From positions 12,365,659 to 12,429,658 of the forward strand of contig OZ316898.1 of assembly GCA_973895155.1 (NCBI GenBank): a stretch of DNA of 64,000 bases. The letters run 5' to 3'. Under the pieces are notes generated by a model. It had not been told where the DNA came from and searched no databases. It saw nothing but the letters and a program-made list of their open reading frames with translations. Within the stretch, counting starts at the first letter, position 1; every line of letters starts with the position of its first letter. The DNA comes from Marsupella aquatica. Taxonomy: Eukaryota > Plantae > Marchantiophyta. The translations under genes and the position numbers were made by a program. Shown piece after piece: positions 31,640-45,801 of this stretch.

Positions 31640-33147
31640 GATGCATTGAAATGATCAAAGTTTAAGGTTGACAAAGGTGCAAGAACTGTTGCAGGGCGTG
31701 CAATGTCTGACATACGACTTCACAAGGTACTGACATAGACTTATCTTTTCTTTCTAGGCATTTTATATTGATATGTGACACTTTACTTCACAAATTATAG
31801 GGGCAATACAATTTGGATTTTAGACTCTTAGAAGAAAGAAAGAGGGAGGAAAAAAAAATTCAACTTAATAAGTATGGGGGTCTAGGCATGAAAACGTCGC
31901 AGGTGATGGGGGGGTCCTCCATATAGTGAGACCCCCGAGAGTTGTTGTCACTTCATTCATGAATTTGCACCTTTTGTGCTGAATATCAATAGTTACAGTT
32001 TGGGGTTCAACTCCAACAGAATGCCCAACTAATTATGTTAAAGTGATGTTCTGTTCAAGTTCTTATAAGGAGAAAAAAATTCCAATTTTTGAACAAAGCG
32101 CAATGGCATTGTGGTTAGGGGAAGACCTACAGCAATGCAAGAGGGGAAGTGTATATTTTAAGATTTTCTCTTTTTGGCGAGAGAGGGAAGTGTTACCCAA
32201 TGTGGAGGAAAAGATGCTAAGAATATTAAGTATCTAGCTTTCTTTGATAAATTTCTGACCTTTACATCTCCCTAGATTTAAGAATACTTATTGTCAAATA
32301 CTGGTAAATGGGGTCTGCGGCTAGCTGGGAAATTGGCTTATCAAAGACCTTGCCACTTTGGACAAAAGTGTCCATTCAATTATACTTTTAGTTGGGTGGA
32401 ATTGTGCAAATTTTTGCACGTCTAAAAATTTTCTGGAGAGGAGTTTTCCATGAAGTTTGATTTTCTCAGAATTTAAAGAGTTCAAGGTTCAAAGAAAATG
32501 ATGCTCCCATCGACCAAGTGAATCATGCAACTCCGAGTGACACTCTTCTTGTTCTCAAATGAACAGTTTTCAGGAGCAAACTTTGACCTTCAACACCTCC
32601 TGTGATGTTCAGTGGGGTTGGTTCATCTTGGGCTATTTAGATGTGTCTTGGAAATATAGTTCCACCTTATTTAATACCTCTAGTTTTCATGAAGAATTGA
32701 GAGAGTTATGAATTTCTAGCATTACTCCAATCACTCAATGAATGTACACACTTTGCACTTCTGAAATTTTTGAGTAGCTAACTTTGACATTCAGTATCCC
32801 CTAAAAATACAATGAATCTATTTTTTCTGGGTTAGTTAGTAACTGCTTTGAATAATCTTTCCATTGAGCCTTATGTAGTAGTATTTCATTCAGAATGTAG
32901 AGACCTACACATTCTCAAAGATGACCATTTTGCTTTCTTGCCAGGTACAGTTTATCTGTGTAATATCTACTACATGAGAAACTAGGGTCTTGTTGCCGTC
33001 TATCTGGGTTGCAAATGTACTTCTGAGCATGTTGGCAAAGATGGAGGTCTTTCCAGGCTTCAATCTGGGTTTTAGATTTCTGATGAATAACCCTTTTTAC
33101 TTACATGAAAACTTGGGAAATAGAATGAGAAAATCTCCGTTTACATT

Positions 33148-34105
33148 CCTCATCTGCGAATGTCTTCTGTGGAGTTCTCGACAACCATGCGTCTTTGTAT
33201 GGGGCTGCCCCACCCACTTCTTGCTGGTTTACCTCCTTCTTGTACTTGTGGGAAGCCTTGTGATGCCACAGGTGTCCATCTTCTTTGGTGCAGTTTGGGA
33301 GGTGAAACCATTTTTGTTCATGACGCTGTGAGATATGCGACTGCTCAGGTTCTCTCTAGCTCTTTGGTTAGCGTGCGTCGTGAGGTGGTGCTCGAGTTAC
33401 CTGGTCCCCCATCACAGCGGTTACGGGTGGATCTTACCATGGTCCGTGAGGGTCAACGTACTTTGGCAGATGTCGTGATGGCAAACCCATTGGCCAAGAC
33501 ATCATTGGGACAGCGGCAAACAACGGCATGGGCAGCAGCATCACGAGCGGCAACAACGAAGGAGGCCAAATATGCTGCACAAGCTTCATCTGATAGTTTC
33601 CTCCCCCTTGCTGTTGAGATATTTGGGCATCTTCATCATCAGTTTGACGGGCTTCTTCGACAAGTTGCTCGGGATATTCATGGCCGGATGGGTCCCTCTG
33701 GACCCCCGCTATCTGTTTTAACCATGCACTTTCGCCAACGCATTTCAGTTACCTTACAGCGTGCTCAAGCTCGGGCCATCTATCGTCGCTCTTTGACAGT
33801 GGGTGCTAGTGTGCCTCCGCAACGGCTAGCCCCCCTAGAGGACATTCCAGTCCCACTTGCCGATTTAGTTTTGACATTGGATGTGGACCATTAGCTTTTC
33901 GCCACATTTGCTAGGAATGATGAGGACCTCGGTCCATTTGCGGTATTTTGTTTTTAGTTCCTCTTTCTTGGTTTTAGAGATTTTCTTTTGCTCACTTGGT
34001 TTGAGTTTGGTTTTATCCACTTGGGACCTCTTGGGGCCTTTTCTGGTTATTCTTTTGTACTCTGTTTGGCCCTTTTTCTGTAAAAAGTTTGTTTTCTCAA
34101 AAAAA
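33148..34105 (+). mobile_element. Second, strongly 5'-truncated copy of the CRE-like LINE (CCHC + RLE region, ORF 33160-33894)
   Basis: The protein is highly similar to the C-terminus of 2808-5552 and ends in the same LADLVLTLDVDH*. A7 tail; 9-bp TSD GTTTACATT (33139-47, 34106-14). Confidence 0.93.
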
Positions 34106-37100
34106 GTTTACATTGTGTATGTATGCATACATTTTCCAGGTATGTAGGCAAAACTTCGCTTACTTAGAAAAGCTGACAGACCACCTGGGTGAAGTTTCTG
34201 ACTTTTAAAATGTCCAAAGTATTGAAAATGTCCAAAGTATTGAAATTGTCCAATATGTGGACAGAAAAATGTGATGGACATCAGACTGCTCAGTCCTTCA
34301 GTCTGATGGAGGATGAGGAAATGAATTAGTGTCGTATTGAACTGGGGCTATTGGGCAGAACTTGAACCCGAGGTTTACAAGAAACGTCAAGTCGCTAATA
34401 GACAAGGCAGTACGTCTAGATGATTCAGAATATTATGTCATCATATTGTACACATCTATCTCTTCGTCAGTAGACAGGGCAACTCCAATCGACAGCATCC
34501 TTTCCCAAATGTCATCATTCTCTGATACTCAAGCTCAAGCTACGAGCCTCCCCGTTCAGGTTTGTAACTCAAACCTCATTCCCTTTCTTGAAATTTGAAA
34601 CCCATTCGTGCAAACCCCGGCGCAAACATATGCAAGGTGTCTGTACATGCAAGGCGTTTCTGTGTCTGCTATGCTGTATGCAAAACTCTCAGAGGGTAGA
34701 GAGAGAGCTACAGTAGTAGCCTCAATCTCATGGTAATTAACCGAGCTGGTAACCATGACTGACAGGTAGACCAATAGTCAACAGTGTAGACCCAGAAAGA
34801 GGCAATGCAGTACAATAGAGACAGGCATCTGCATTAAGGCAGGATAAATTATCTTATTTGCATAGTTGCAAGAGAGCTCTGTAGTGATCATAGTAGAGGC
34901 CTCGGCATGGCTACTAGTAGAAGAAGTCGCATTTACAGCAGGAAGGATAGTGAGCTTCCGTTTTGGGGGCATTCTGCTTGAGTCAATCGTTTCTTAATGA
35001 CTGTAGGTGCTTCTAAGTTCACAAAGGTTCACGATCATCACGTATCTGACTGTATGATTCATTCCCGGCCTAAAGACTAGCTTTGCTACTGACCCGCCTA
35101 CTGATTATGCTCTCTCCCACATGAGCCTATGGTGGTTCAGATCGAATCGCAGAGCTAGGAAACGACTAGGAGGGGTGTGTGATTTGGAGCCTGTATGTCC
35201 TTTATGTTGTTGTCCAACACAACGTCGCCTCTCATGCTCGTTTGGGGGGATCACATTGGAAAGGTAACATCTGATATCCACAAAGGTTAAGGTGCTCGGA
35301 TGGTCTCACAGAACCCTGATATAGACACAGTCTAGAGATCAAATTATACTCTCATAACTCTACTTGTAGTTCTTTCAGAGTACTTTGCTCCTGTTTGTTT
35401 ACTATGGTTTAATTAGGAGTAATTCCATCCAACGAATTCAGTTTGGTTGAGAAAAACAAGTTATCAGCAGTACAAAACAAGCATTTAGAAGATACTGTCT
35501 GATCAGATTGATAAAGCTCAAACGACACCCATGAGCAAGACACGACCTTATAGCTGTGGATAACATCAACGCTGGAAACTCTTACTTTACTCATGGAACG
35601 GATGGAAAGATCTACCGTAGTAGCCACGTCAGGGAGAGTGTAGAGAATGAATGTAATCATTCTGCGCACATTGAAGTCTGCAATAGTAGCCACGTCAAGG
35701 AGAGTCATATATACGGAGAACGAATACAATCATTCTGCGCACATTAAAGTATTCAAGCTACGTGTTTCTTTGAAGGTCAGTGAATACAAAACGCGATTTT
35801 GTATTACAAGCTGACAATGCAAGTATGTTGAACCTCACAGGCAATGAACATGCTACTAGTAACTGTAGCTAGTGCTTGACTAAAGTGAGATGCAAACCTA
35901 GTCGATCAGAGAGAATCTGCACAACGAAAGTGGAGCAATCTGTCATGATTTTCAGAGAGAGTAGATTGGAGGAACAAAGATCTGAATCAAAAGCTAGTCA
36001 CAGGCCCCTAGTACTCCAGAATACTTCACCGTCACCCTTTGTCTCAGTCGCAAGGGTGTGGCTCCGTTCCCGGCTCCATTCTGGTATCGACAGCGGCTCT
36101 GCCTAGCTTGTTTTTGGTTTTACCTCAATGCCATGCTTATTTCTTCTTTCTTTCTTTTCTCCACAAAAAATCACGGCTATTTCATTGAATGGAATCCTTG
36201 AGGTCGTCGAGGCAAAACGCAAAATCTCACATTGGGTTCGTCGAGAGACGTGGCCAAGCGTGGCTAGTTGTGCTCCATCTGTATGAGTGAACTTCGAGCC
36301 CAAAACAGAAACAACAAGAAAAACTTACAAACATCCAAAGCTCCTGAGTGAAACAGACTGAAATCTCACTGGACGTCACTCCTGTCAAGGCAGAGGCACC
36401 AGGGCTAGCCTGCATGCGCAATTTACGCATCTGTGAAGGTTGTTGTACAGTCCTGGCCAAGGTATTGCCTGAGGAGATCGATCCACGAGTCAGCGACCCA
36501 TATCGAAGAACCTTGGCGTCCACCTGAACATTCAGGCATGAGGTCAAGTCAGTCAGTCTATCGGCAGAAAATAGAATATTGCTGTTGGACAACTTACTGA
36601 CTTGCAACCACGTGGTTGGCAGTTTAATAAGTAGCGCTAGACTAGGTCCTACACTTACTCAAAATTTTCTCTCAATTTTACAAACCTGACCCTGAGTCCA
36701 GCTTCCTCTGTCCTGCACTCATGACTTGGGTCAGTATATAAGTTTCGTCCCTCCACACGGGCTTACCCACTTCCATGGACTGTTCTTCTTAAAGTATCGA
36801 TTTCTTCATAATTATCACATCCTGACAAGGAGCACTCTCCAATTGGATCAGAAACGATGATCACTGAAATTCCTACGATAGCTTTGGTACTCAGTACTGT
36901 GGCGAGGAACAGCAAGCATTTTCACCTAGGTTACAATTTACTCTCTCTGAGTGCATACTCTTGGGAACAAGCTAGAGGTGAACACTTAAACAGGGTTTTC
37001 ACTATGTGATAGGTGCAACATGGCGATCTTGCACTCATAGATAAGTGACTGCAAATCCTCAGGGTTTGCACTTGTGATGAGTGTAACATTGACATCGTGC

Positions 37101-40100
37101 AATTATTGAGATGTTTCATGAGATTTTTCACTTATGGAGGCTGCAGTTAGGCAAAGCGACTTTACATTGTTTGGTGGCCACCATTTGCAGTAATGTGAAT
37201 TCCGTCTGGAATATAAGTCAGGGTAGAACTTGAAACTAGGTCTAGGCCTGCATGAAACCGGAATTCATATTGCAGTTGAGTTTTTGGATTCTCCTGTGGT
37301 CCAGATACAAAAGCTCATGTGCCTGAGCACTCGTACAATGAACAACACAAGGAGCAAACTTTTCAGTCCTAGACAGGAATTTGAGTCAACTTCTTTTACA
37401 GTACGTGTGACAGTTCACTTCTCGTCCGACTTAATGTCTATTCCGAACGCGGAAGAGAAACTATGACATTTCTGTAATGGACTATTCTGGATTGACAAGT
37501 CTTCGTACGGTCAGGGTAGTGTTTTAATATCATGTTGGAGATGGCTACTTACTGCTACTGAATCCATGCAATTTCGTGACTGTGAAACTGGCTCCGTCTT
37601 CGTTGATGAATTTTGATTTGAATTGTGAATTGAGATCCACAGATTGATTCTCTCGAGCCTCTTATCGGTGTTGACTCAGTGTAGGACGTCCTGTACGCCT
37701 TCGACTGGTTTACAATTCACAATGTCGGTCAAGTTGAGAGATCTTTGTGGGTCATCGACCTCGTTGAATGCAATCCTGATATATTTCACCGTTCTCATCT
37801 GAAAACAATCGACCCAGTCTGCTGTCGCCTACGTCGTCCGCATTTCTCGACAGTCAATCACGCGGCGCCTTGCTAGACGTCCAGCTCACCAGTAGAGGAC
37901 TGGGAGGTGCAGAGATGGCAGCACGCCTTACGGTTGATTTTCCTGCTGCATGGAGCTCCAGGGATTTTCATCATGCAATGAAGTCAGTTCCGGCGTGCGG
38001 TGGATCAGGCGGGCCAGCATGAGCAGAAGAGCAGGAAAGCGAGAGCTGGCCGGGGAGACAGGAGGTGCGATAAGATTATTTTGACTCTGAGTTTTGTGAT
38101 GATGGACGGACAGGACTCACTGTTCAGACTTCAGAAGGAATGACAGATTCCACTGTGGTGGAACAGTAGAGTAGACGCAACCCAGGGAGGGATTTAAGCT
38201 CGAGATCCAAAGTCCTAGTCTCCTCGTTATTACCCACGTGAGTCGGAGAGAGAGGATGAGAAGTTCCCAAAACAGCGCGGCACACATGGCAACCAGAGAG
38301 AGAAACGAGGCAGAGCTAACGACAGAAGATCCACAAGCAGTGGAGGACATGAGACGACAAGACGAAGACTCCCTTAACCAAAAGAAAACAAGAAATGCAC
38401 TCTGCCCCACTTTCGACATCCAAGGTCCTGGATCGGTACTGTAAGAAATTGCTCGATACGGGAGCTGGCGACGTACCTCTCCAGGCCTCCACCCTTTTGC
38501 TTTGCCTAAAAAACTGGTCAGTCTTGAGTCTGGATTGTGATGTGTTAGCACTACACCACAGCCGTACAGTGATTGAAGCCCGCTAATCATGCACAGGGTG
38601 GGAGGGCGGTCCGGGCCGACGACGGCACAAAAAGAGGCCGAAAGGCAAACCGAAAGTTTGAGAGAACCAGGCCCGTGACCAAAGGTGGGTCACAACAGGC
38701 TGAACACTATGCATTCCTGTTTGACAATACTTTCTACATACTTCCGACAATACACAGCAGACAATACACATCAGAGAATAAGGTCTGGGCCCATTTTAGG
38801 GCCCATCAGAACAACTGAAGTTCAGCCAATAACGTACTCCCCAAAAAGATGCCTTCTAGCCAGCTCCGTTGCCTTGAGAAACCCACACCATCCTACTGTC
38901 GCTCAAGTTGAGATGCACCAGCGCCGCTAGCTGATTAGAGGGATAGAAAGCTCGATGGAGAATGGTTTCGTCCTGGCTGCATTGTTTAGCTCTTCCTTCA
39001 ATCTGTCCTGCCAAACAGTTTCCTTTGCCTTAAAAAATCAGCTCAATGAACATCATCAAGAACAAAAACCCAGAAAACCTGCAAATCAATTTCAGGCAGG
39101 TAGAAGGAAGCATCGGGGGAAGAATAATCGATGATGTTCTTCATGACAGCGGACTACTTTTGCTCTTGATCCACATCAATCACATCGAGCTAGAGCACAT
39201 TGTATTCCGTTGTACTACTAGGTGCCTATGGCAACAATCTGAAGGATAGGCGACAGGCGTTTGATTGCTCCGAGAGACAGACATGCTTCGGATCGTCATC
39301 ATGAGTGGTCATTTGTCTCTATCTTCTGATCTCTCTCCTCAAATAAACGACAAACAAGCTGGAGTAAGAAGATGCTTCCGAACCCATCGCAATTTGCCAC
39401 TCCTCGAAAGGAATGATTCATCCGTCAGAGAACAAAAGCTACGATAGCCCAACAAGGCTGATTGCTCAACTCTCATCCATGAACTAAAAGGCAGCGTTCC
39501 ATACCACAGAATGATGATGCCCTCTTGCTTTCTTTAGTTAATATAAATGAACCAGGATCCGCAGGTTGCTCGTGCTTCCCTCCGCGCGCCTCTGCTGGTA
39601 CCGTACTCTTTTTTCATGACTTGGAAAAGCACCACCGCCGTATTTTAAGTTCTAGCACTTTAATTGACAGACCTGCTTCTCAGACTACGGCATCTATCTA
39701 GATACTAAACTAGCTAGCAAACTACTCTTCTTTTATCACTGCAATCAAATCCATCTCGATCTTACGCACCGCAAGAAACATCGTGGGTACTTCCATGGTG
39801 ATAAGTTAGTACAGTGCTGATCCAAGGAACTGGCGGCCATCGAGGATTTCGACTTTCGACTGTCAACCCCCACTTCGCAGCAAACAACTGTCTACTGTAT
39901 ATAAAATCATGGCTGAGCACTTGGACAGGAGCGAATGATGTTTCAATTAATGTTCTAGCTACAGTGTGCTCAAATTAGTCTGCTCGATCGAGTCACAAAC
40001 TGGTGTGTCCAAATCACAGTGCCGTAGCTGCAGGCAGATGTAGATGGCTTCAAGAGGTCGGGTGAGTTGATTGGTGTGCCGTCGTTCTTCTTCCTTTTTC

Positions 40101-42917
40101 CTTGGAAATCCATCATCTACATCTATAAACACAGACAGCATACTGACATGAAGGGAGACCCATGGAGTGTAGTTCCAGGGACCAAGAAGGTCAATGACAT
40201 CGTTCTATATAGTTCAGTTGCAGAGGGAGGGAGACTGCCATATTATGTGCTGGTACAGTACTCCATTATGAAAGTATGGTTAAACTCTCAAACAACTTGA
40301 GAGGGTGATGGAAAATGCCAGGAGTACAGGGTGAAAAAGATCTGTTAGGAACTTGCAAAGGCTACAGTCGACACACAAACTGGAAGGCTCGGACTGGGGC
40401 TCAGACTGGGGCTCGGACGGAGCTCGGACTTCTTCATATAACAATAGCTAGTCTAGGTGCTGACCGTCCTTTTCTTATACTGATCGGATGAACGCAACTA
40501 TTGAAATTGTTCAAGCCAGGCACCGGCTTCTCAGCGGTTCCTCTCTCGGCCCACCATGATTCTGCACTCATGGACAAATGTGAGGCTGCACTACAGGCTG
40601 ACCGATAGATACAAGCCTCTATCATGGACCCACTGGAAGGAACCACGCGGGGACCTGATCACTGGCCGGTCTTTAGTTGTGTGCTGCTCCCGCTGTACTT
40701 ACTAAATGTCTTGTTTAGTTGCCTCAAAAGTTGACTCCCTTTGAGGCCTAGCTTCTTCCCTGGCACCGGCTCCACCGGTTTCTTAGCACCGCGACCTTGG
40801 GTACTTTTGGGGGATGCCCGTGGTTGGGGGCTCCCCCTTTTTTTCTGTATGCTTGCTATTTGAATGGAATTCATTTTTTCTGTATGCTGACTATTTGAAT
40901 GGAATTCATCTGGTTATTTTAGGCAAAAAACTATATATTGGAATTGTTAAAGCCAGGCAGATAAGCAACAGCTAGACTGTAAAATTTTCATGTAGCAGAT
41001 TTTTGCCGGACCATTTGATAAAACGTCTGCAAGATGATTCGAGCAAGCTTACAACTTCGAATTGATCATGTCACATGTACTCTAGGAACTTCGAAATGGA
41101 CCAAAGTAAGAATAAGAATATTGCAAGATCTCAGTCAGGTTCACTCTGTCAGGTAGAGAAGATCCGATACAATGTTCCGATAGGTCGAGTGCGTGTTTCT
41201 CCTGGTTCGAACAGTTGTTATCCATCTCGGCCGAGCGAAAGACCTCACTGATTTCTCCGAACAAGAAATCGGGTTGGTCTTTCGCTCGGCCAGTAGAAGG
41301 CGATGGCAAATTTGTGGATGTGGTTCATTCTGGTAAACATGACTGCTATAAATCATTCATTACTGTCGATTTGGATGCTCGTACAGCTCAACAAGTTCCT
41401 TTGATGTTCATCTCAGTCAGGATCCCACAGGCAAGGTCTTGGAGCATGCTCGCTTTCCAACAGCTCCCATCTACAGACCTCCATTCCTGCCACTAGATAT
41501 TATGCACAGCTACTAACTGTAGCGAGATGCAAAGCTTGGAAAGATCGTTCGGTACATTATTGCACAATTTGAAGAAAAATAAGCTCTGGACGCAACTACT
41601 CCAATGCTCCATAGCAGACGTGAACATGTATGTCAGAGATTCGACGCATAGTGTCAGCTTCAGATTCTGAGTGCAGTGGAATCAAGAACTTTCAATTTCA
41701 ATCACGTATTGGACTCAGAGTTTATGATTTTTTGTGTCACAGTTATTCAATCTTCTTTATTAATTCTAAGACACAAAAAACTAGATTGAACGCCCACTAG
41801 ACGTATGTGTCTCCGTCGAATTACACCAGAGGGATATATAAAAATCACTGGTAAAACAAAATTAAAGAGCCTTCCAGGCAAGATGATCCCAAAAGCTAAA
41901 ACCCCAATTAAGGGGTGGGCAGAGGGGGAACTGGGGAAGCAACCAAAGAACCCAAGGGCCACAAAACCCTAGTACAGTCCAGTAAAATAACTAAAACAAT
42001 CATGCACACCTGCTAGTATCCACAACAAGGGGACATCAAGATGTTGTAACATCACACAAATGGACTGGGAAAGGTTGAATTCATTTTCACTCATAGTTCT
42101 AGTTATTCATTCTTAAGTTTCATTTCATGAATAGATAAGCTAGGATACCCGCTGGAAAGCCATAATTTCTTACGCCCACATGCTCTGGGCAATTCTTTGT
42201 CTTGAATAGTTGAATCCTAGTCTGCATTATTCAGCATTCTTATTGAAATGTCAAATTTGCTTTCAAGTCAAAAAAATAAAATGTCTCATAAGTTGTCCTT
42301 CAGGGGTTGGAGTCAAGAAACTAAGATGCAGCATCTATGATTCTCATCTACAAATGGTGAAGGAGAGTTTTAACAAGAGAAATTTCTCTGGATAATGGGA
42401 ATTACTCTGGAGAATGGTTCTATAAACCCCTTGTGAATTGTTTTTTTGGTAGACATACATGGTTACGAGGCATTACTAACCCCAGAGTGAGGTCACGGAA
42501 CCCATGTGCCAGCCTGGCCTCAAGATTTTTGAATTTGAATGAGAAACACGGTAAGGTGCAAGTGGAAACAGACAGTGACAGATGAAACTTTCATAACATA
42601 AAAATGAAGTCAAAGGTTATAAAATGTGGCACTTGTGCTTTACTCTTGGTAACTTATTCCCACTTGGGAAGAATGGGCTCTAATGCCGATTTTGTTTTAC
42701 AACAATGCTAAGGAAAGTACACAAAAAAGAAAGTTGAACAAGCCTAGGAAGCACGACCAAACTCTCAAGCCACAAAAACAGGCAAAGAAAAGTGCATCAG
42801 TAGTGTCTCAAACGGCAGCCAAGAGCGAATGACAATATCGAGGCTCATTAATGAGCCTCGCACGCTCCCTGCCCGCGACCATCCCCGTTGGCTGCCCGTG
42901 AAAGAATGTGGACGTAA

Positions 42918-43057
42918 ATTTTTTCTAAATGTCAAAGTTGATGAATGAACCCCACTTTGGGTGGGGTTTGTTACAAAAGAGAATTGTGTCAGGCAGGATT
43001 CGAACCCCTGCCCTGTTGGGCCCAAGTCTGCTCGACTACCACTCAGGCAGCATCTGC
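42918..43057 (-). mobile_element. tRNA-derived SINE-like element or tRNA pseudogene
   Basis: On the minus strand: A box TGCCTGAGTGG, B box GGTTCGAATCC in a stem, a 3' hairpin AACCCCAC/GTGGGGTT and a short A tail. No canonical cloverleaf and no clear TSD. Confidence 0.6.
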
Positions 43058-44459
43058 TGCACAGCTGGTAAGGCTCTTTAATTGTAATTATATTTGTTCT
43101 AGTGTCGGGCAATGGCTGTGGGCTACAGGCAGCCATATCACAAGTGGTACGGATTTCGACATTAATATGCATCGATATTGTCAATCGTGGTAAATCAATG
43201 TCTAGTAGGGCTAGAGATGATTTATTGCTTATGCAAAGTAGAGCTATTGTACAGGGGTCTGACCAAACCATTAGAATTGATGAGTTCTATAATTGTCTTG
43301 CCACAAAGAGCATTAATTATCCATGGGCTGATTAACATTATTGTGGCTGACTAAATCCGATTTGAGACCCGAGATGCGGGGGTCTTGTCCCTGACCAGCC
43401 TGGGAGGACTCCCATATGGTACTACGACTCTTGCTTGAGTTGGCCCTTGTGACCGCTCAGGTTGTATGTCCCTTCATTGGGCACTGGTCTTCATTCCTAG
43501 CTTGCATCTAAACGGCACGACGCGCTCTTGTTATATCCTCCTTGCAAAATTGCCTAGGCAATTATCATTAGCCATTCAATGAAAACACAATTTAGAGGAA
43601 GGCATGGTTACTAGCAACAACAAAACAGTACCAAGCAGAGTGACTCCTGCCTAGAGGAATCCATTTGGATTCAATCCATATCATTCAATGCCCCTCTTCA
43701 GATTTGTGTTGGAAGCCAATCTGATCTCAAAATAATCCCTTGATCTGAGATCAATATCGAGAGGTATATTCAAAATTTACGGATCATTATATGTTTTTGG
43801 CAACTTGAATTATAATAAGGGCAAGACTAATGGGTAGAAATTAATCCGTGGACCCCCATGTTCATCCAAAGAATGTGTGTTTGATGAAGTGAAATCAATT
43901 TTCAACAAGGCGGTAATCGACGGTTTGGAGTCTCCCGATGGTCTTGGTGTGTGCTCGTACAAAAGAAAATGCTCAAAAGATAGAGGAGATTTATCAACGG
44001 AAGGTTGAATATAGAGGAATTGAGTTTTTTGACGGTTTTTGCTTACACATTGGAGAAATTGTGTTTCTATCATTCATGATTGATTGTTTGTGAGTTACAT
44101 TGAGCATTACTGCAACAAGACAGACTAGAGGACAACACTTAGCTATTGGCAAAAGAGCGCTTGTTGATTTGGTGGGAAGAACACACAAAACAAACAAGTC
44201 ATCGCTTCACATGAAGGATTTGTAGTTTTTTTATTTAAGAAAGCTATGGTGTGAAAGAGAGACCAACGATTGTTTCTTTGACATAGAGGCTGCATTTGGC
44301 GTCAACCTATGTTCAGAGTGAGCTTCAGTTGAAGACTAGAGGAATGCGAACAATTCAAGTTGGGAAGCAAGCATTGTGGACAAGGGATGGCGACGTAATC
44401 AAAGAAATCAATTTTCAACGGCTAAGTTTGTGACGGTGATGAGATTGTGATATCTCTTA

Positions 44460-44975
44460 ATTGAGAAAGGGTTTCCAATGAGCCTGAGATTGACAAATTT
44501 TGTCAAGTTCCAAATGAGTTTTTGAATTTCTTTGCCTTTCCAATGAGTGTGAGTATAAGAAATATTGATCATGAGTCCATGAATTCTTTTAGCTTTCCAA
44601 CATTGAGTCCGACATTGACAAATTTTACGTCAGATTTTGTCACGATACTAAAGAGATCATGAGGTTTTCAATCTCTCTAGCTTTCTAATGTGTGACATTG
44701 AGATATTCGTCAAGAATTAGAGAGATCATGAGTATCTGAATTTCTCTAGCTTTCCAATGAACCTAACATTGATAGATTTTGTCAAGTACTAAGGAGATGA
44801 TGAGTTTTTAATTTTACTTTAGCTTTCCAATGAGTGTGACATTGAGAGATTTGATCAAGACAAGACTAAAGAGGTCAGGAGTTTCTAAATCTTGATCTTG
44901 AGTTTTCCAATGAATCAAACATTGACAGATTTTATCAAGTACTAAGGAGATTGATTATTTAGTTTTACAATGTGA
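44460..44975. repeat. Degenerate ~60-85 bp minisatellite, about 7 copies
   Basis: Recurring TAGCTTTCCAATGA...ACATTGA...TTTTGTCAAG...GAGATCATGAG. Confidence 0.8.
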
Positions 44976-45329
44976 AGCCAAAGGGGTTTTAACTATGTAC
45001 ATTTCTATTGGTTGGTTTTTTCAAGCTTGCAAATAATTAAAAAATACAAGCATTTTGATATAAAACACTGATATATCTTTGACAAACATCAAAAGGTAAT
45101 TTTATTTTACTAAATGACATATCTCCCTTTGTATTTTGGTTTTTTTACGTTCAATATTTACGGCATGGCGCCCCCAAAATTACGTTGCTTTTGCCACAAA
45201 CAGGACTGTGCACATTTGTTATTGTTAAAAATAGGATCATTCCTGTTTGTGGCTGGTTGTGGTGATGTGGCGCAACCTCATGGCAGGGAATTTGCAAGAG
45301 ACCTCTCATGGGGTCCATAAATAAAACCT

Positions 45330-45680
45330 AGATGAACATAATTATATGCTGAGCAATAGATCTCTCATAGATCAAACAATCAAATAGTACCCAAAGGATA
45401 TGTAGTTCATCTCTCTAGAGGTTATGTCCATACCCGTGTCCATAGGAATACACAAGAGAGTTTTATAATACTCTAGGCTACGCCCATTGGCCTTACCAAG
45501 TCTCAACAACACAAGTTCCATCATAATCTTTAAGAAAGCTTTGTAAGAATGAACCTTAGTTCCACTCACAAGCTAACTGCTACTTGTGCATATACTAAGC
45601 AACATATCTTAATTTGATCAAGTCCATGACTATGGTTAGATTAATTATGGTTAGAGAGTAACTCTATAACGGAGAGAAAA
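45330..45680 (-). mobile_element. Degenerate LTR remnant related to 1773-2104 and 19740-20073
   Basis: GATATGTAGTTCATCTC...GGTTATGTCCA resembles the GTGGTTCACC...GGCTACGTCCA core of the other LTRs. Ends are unclear. Confidence 0.45.
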
Positions 45681-45801
45681 TGCCAAAATGTTTTGCAATC
45701 CACATCATCAAATAGGATATTCCAAAGTAGTCCACACTGGTTACCTGGTTTTCCTATCTCTAGTTCTGAAAGAGACTAAAAATCCCTAGTCTTCAGTAAA
45801 A

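Larger units (their letters stand above)
20892..31939 (+). mobile_element. ~11 kb P-superfamily-like DNA transposon with cargo genes
   Basis: Perfect 15-bp TIR CTCGGGGGTCTCACT (20892-20906 and 31925-31939), perfect 8-bp TSD AGTTGTTG (20884-91, 31940-47), and an internal DDE transposase gene. Confidence 0.92.

Noticed and set aside
20892-31939. Classification as hAT, Merlin or Zisupton on the basis of the 8-bp TSD
   Set aside because: There is no hAT CxxH/RW/ERxFS dimerisation pattern or BED finger. The DE, SDG, DxxH and DxxExFF motif order fits the P superfamily better, though this is unverified by search.
34300-41500. Scattered short ORFs (e.g. 34778-34972, 36227-36607, 38117-38590, 41082-41496)
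   Set aside because: No recognisable domains or consistent exon chain; possibly decayed elements or pseudogenes that cannot be identified by eye.
42986-43057. Functional tRNA gene
   Set aside because: A and B boxes are present but the acceptor and anticodon stems do not pair; treated as SINE-like.
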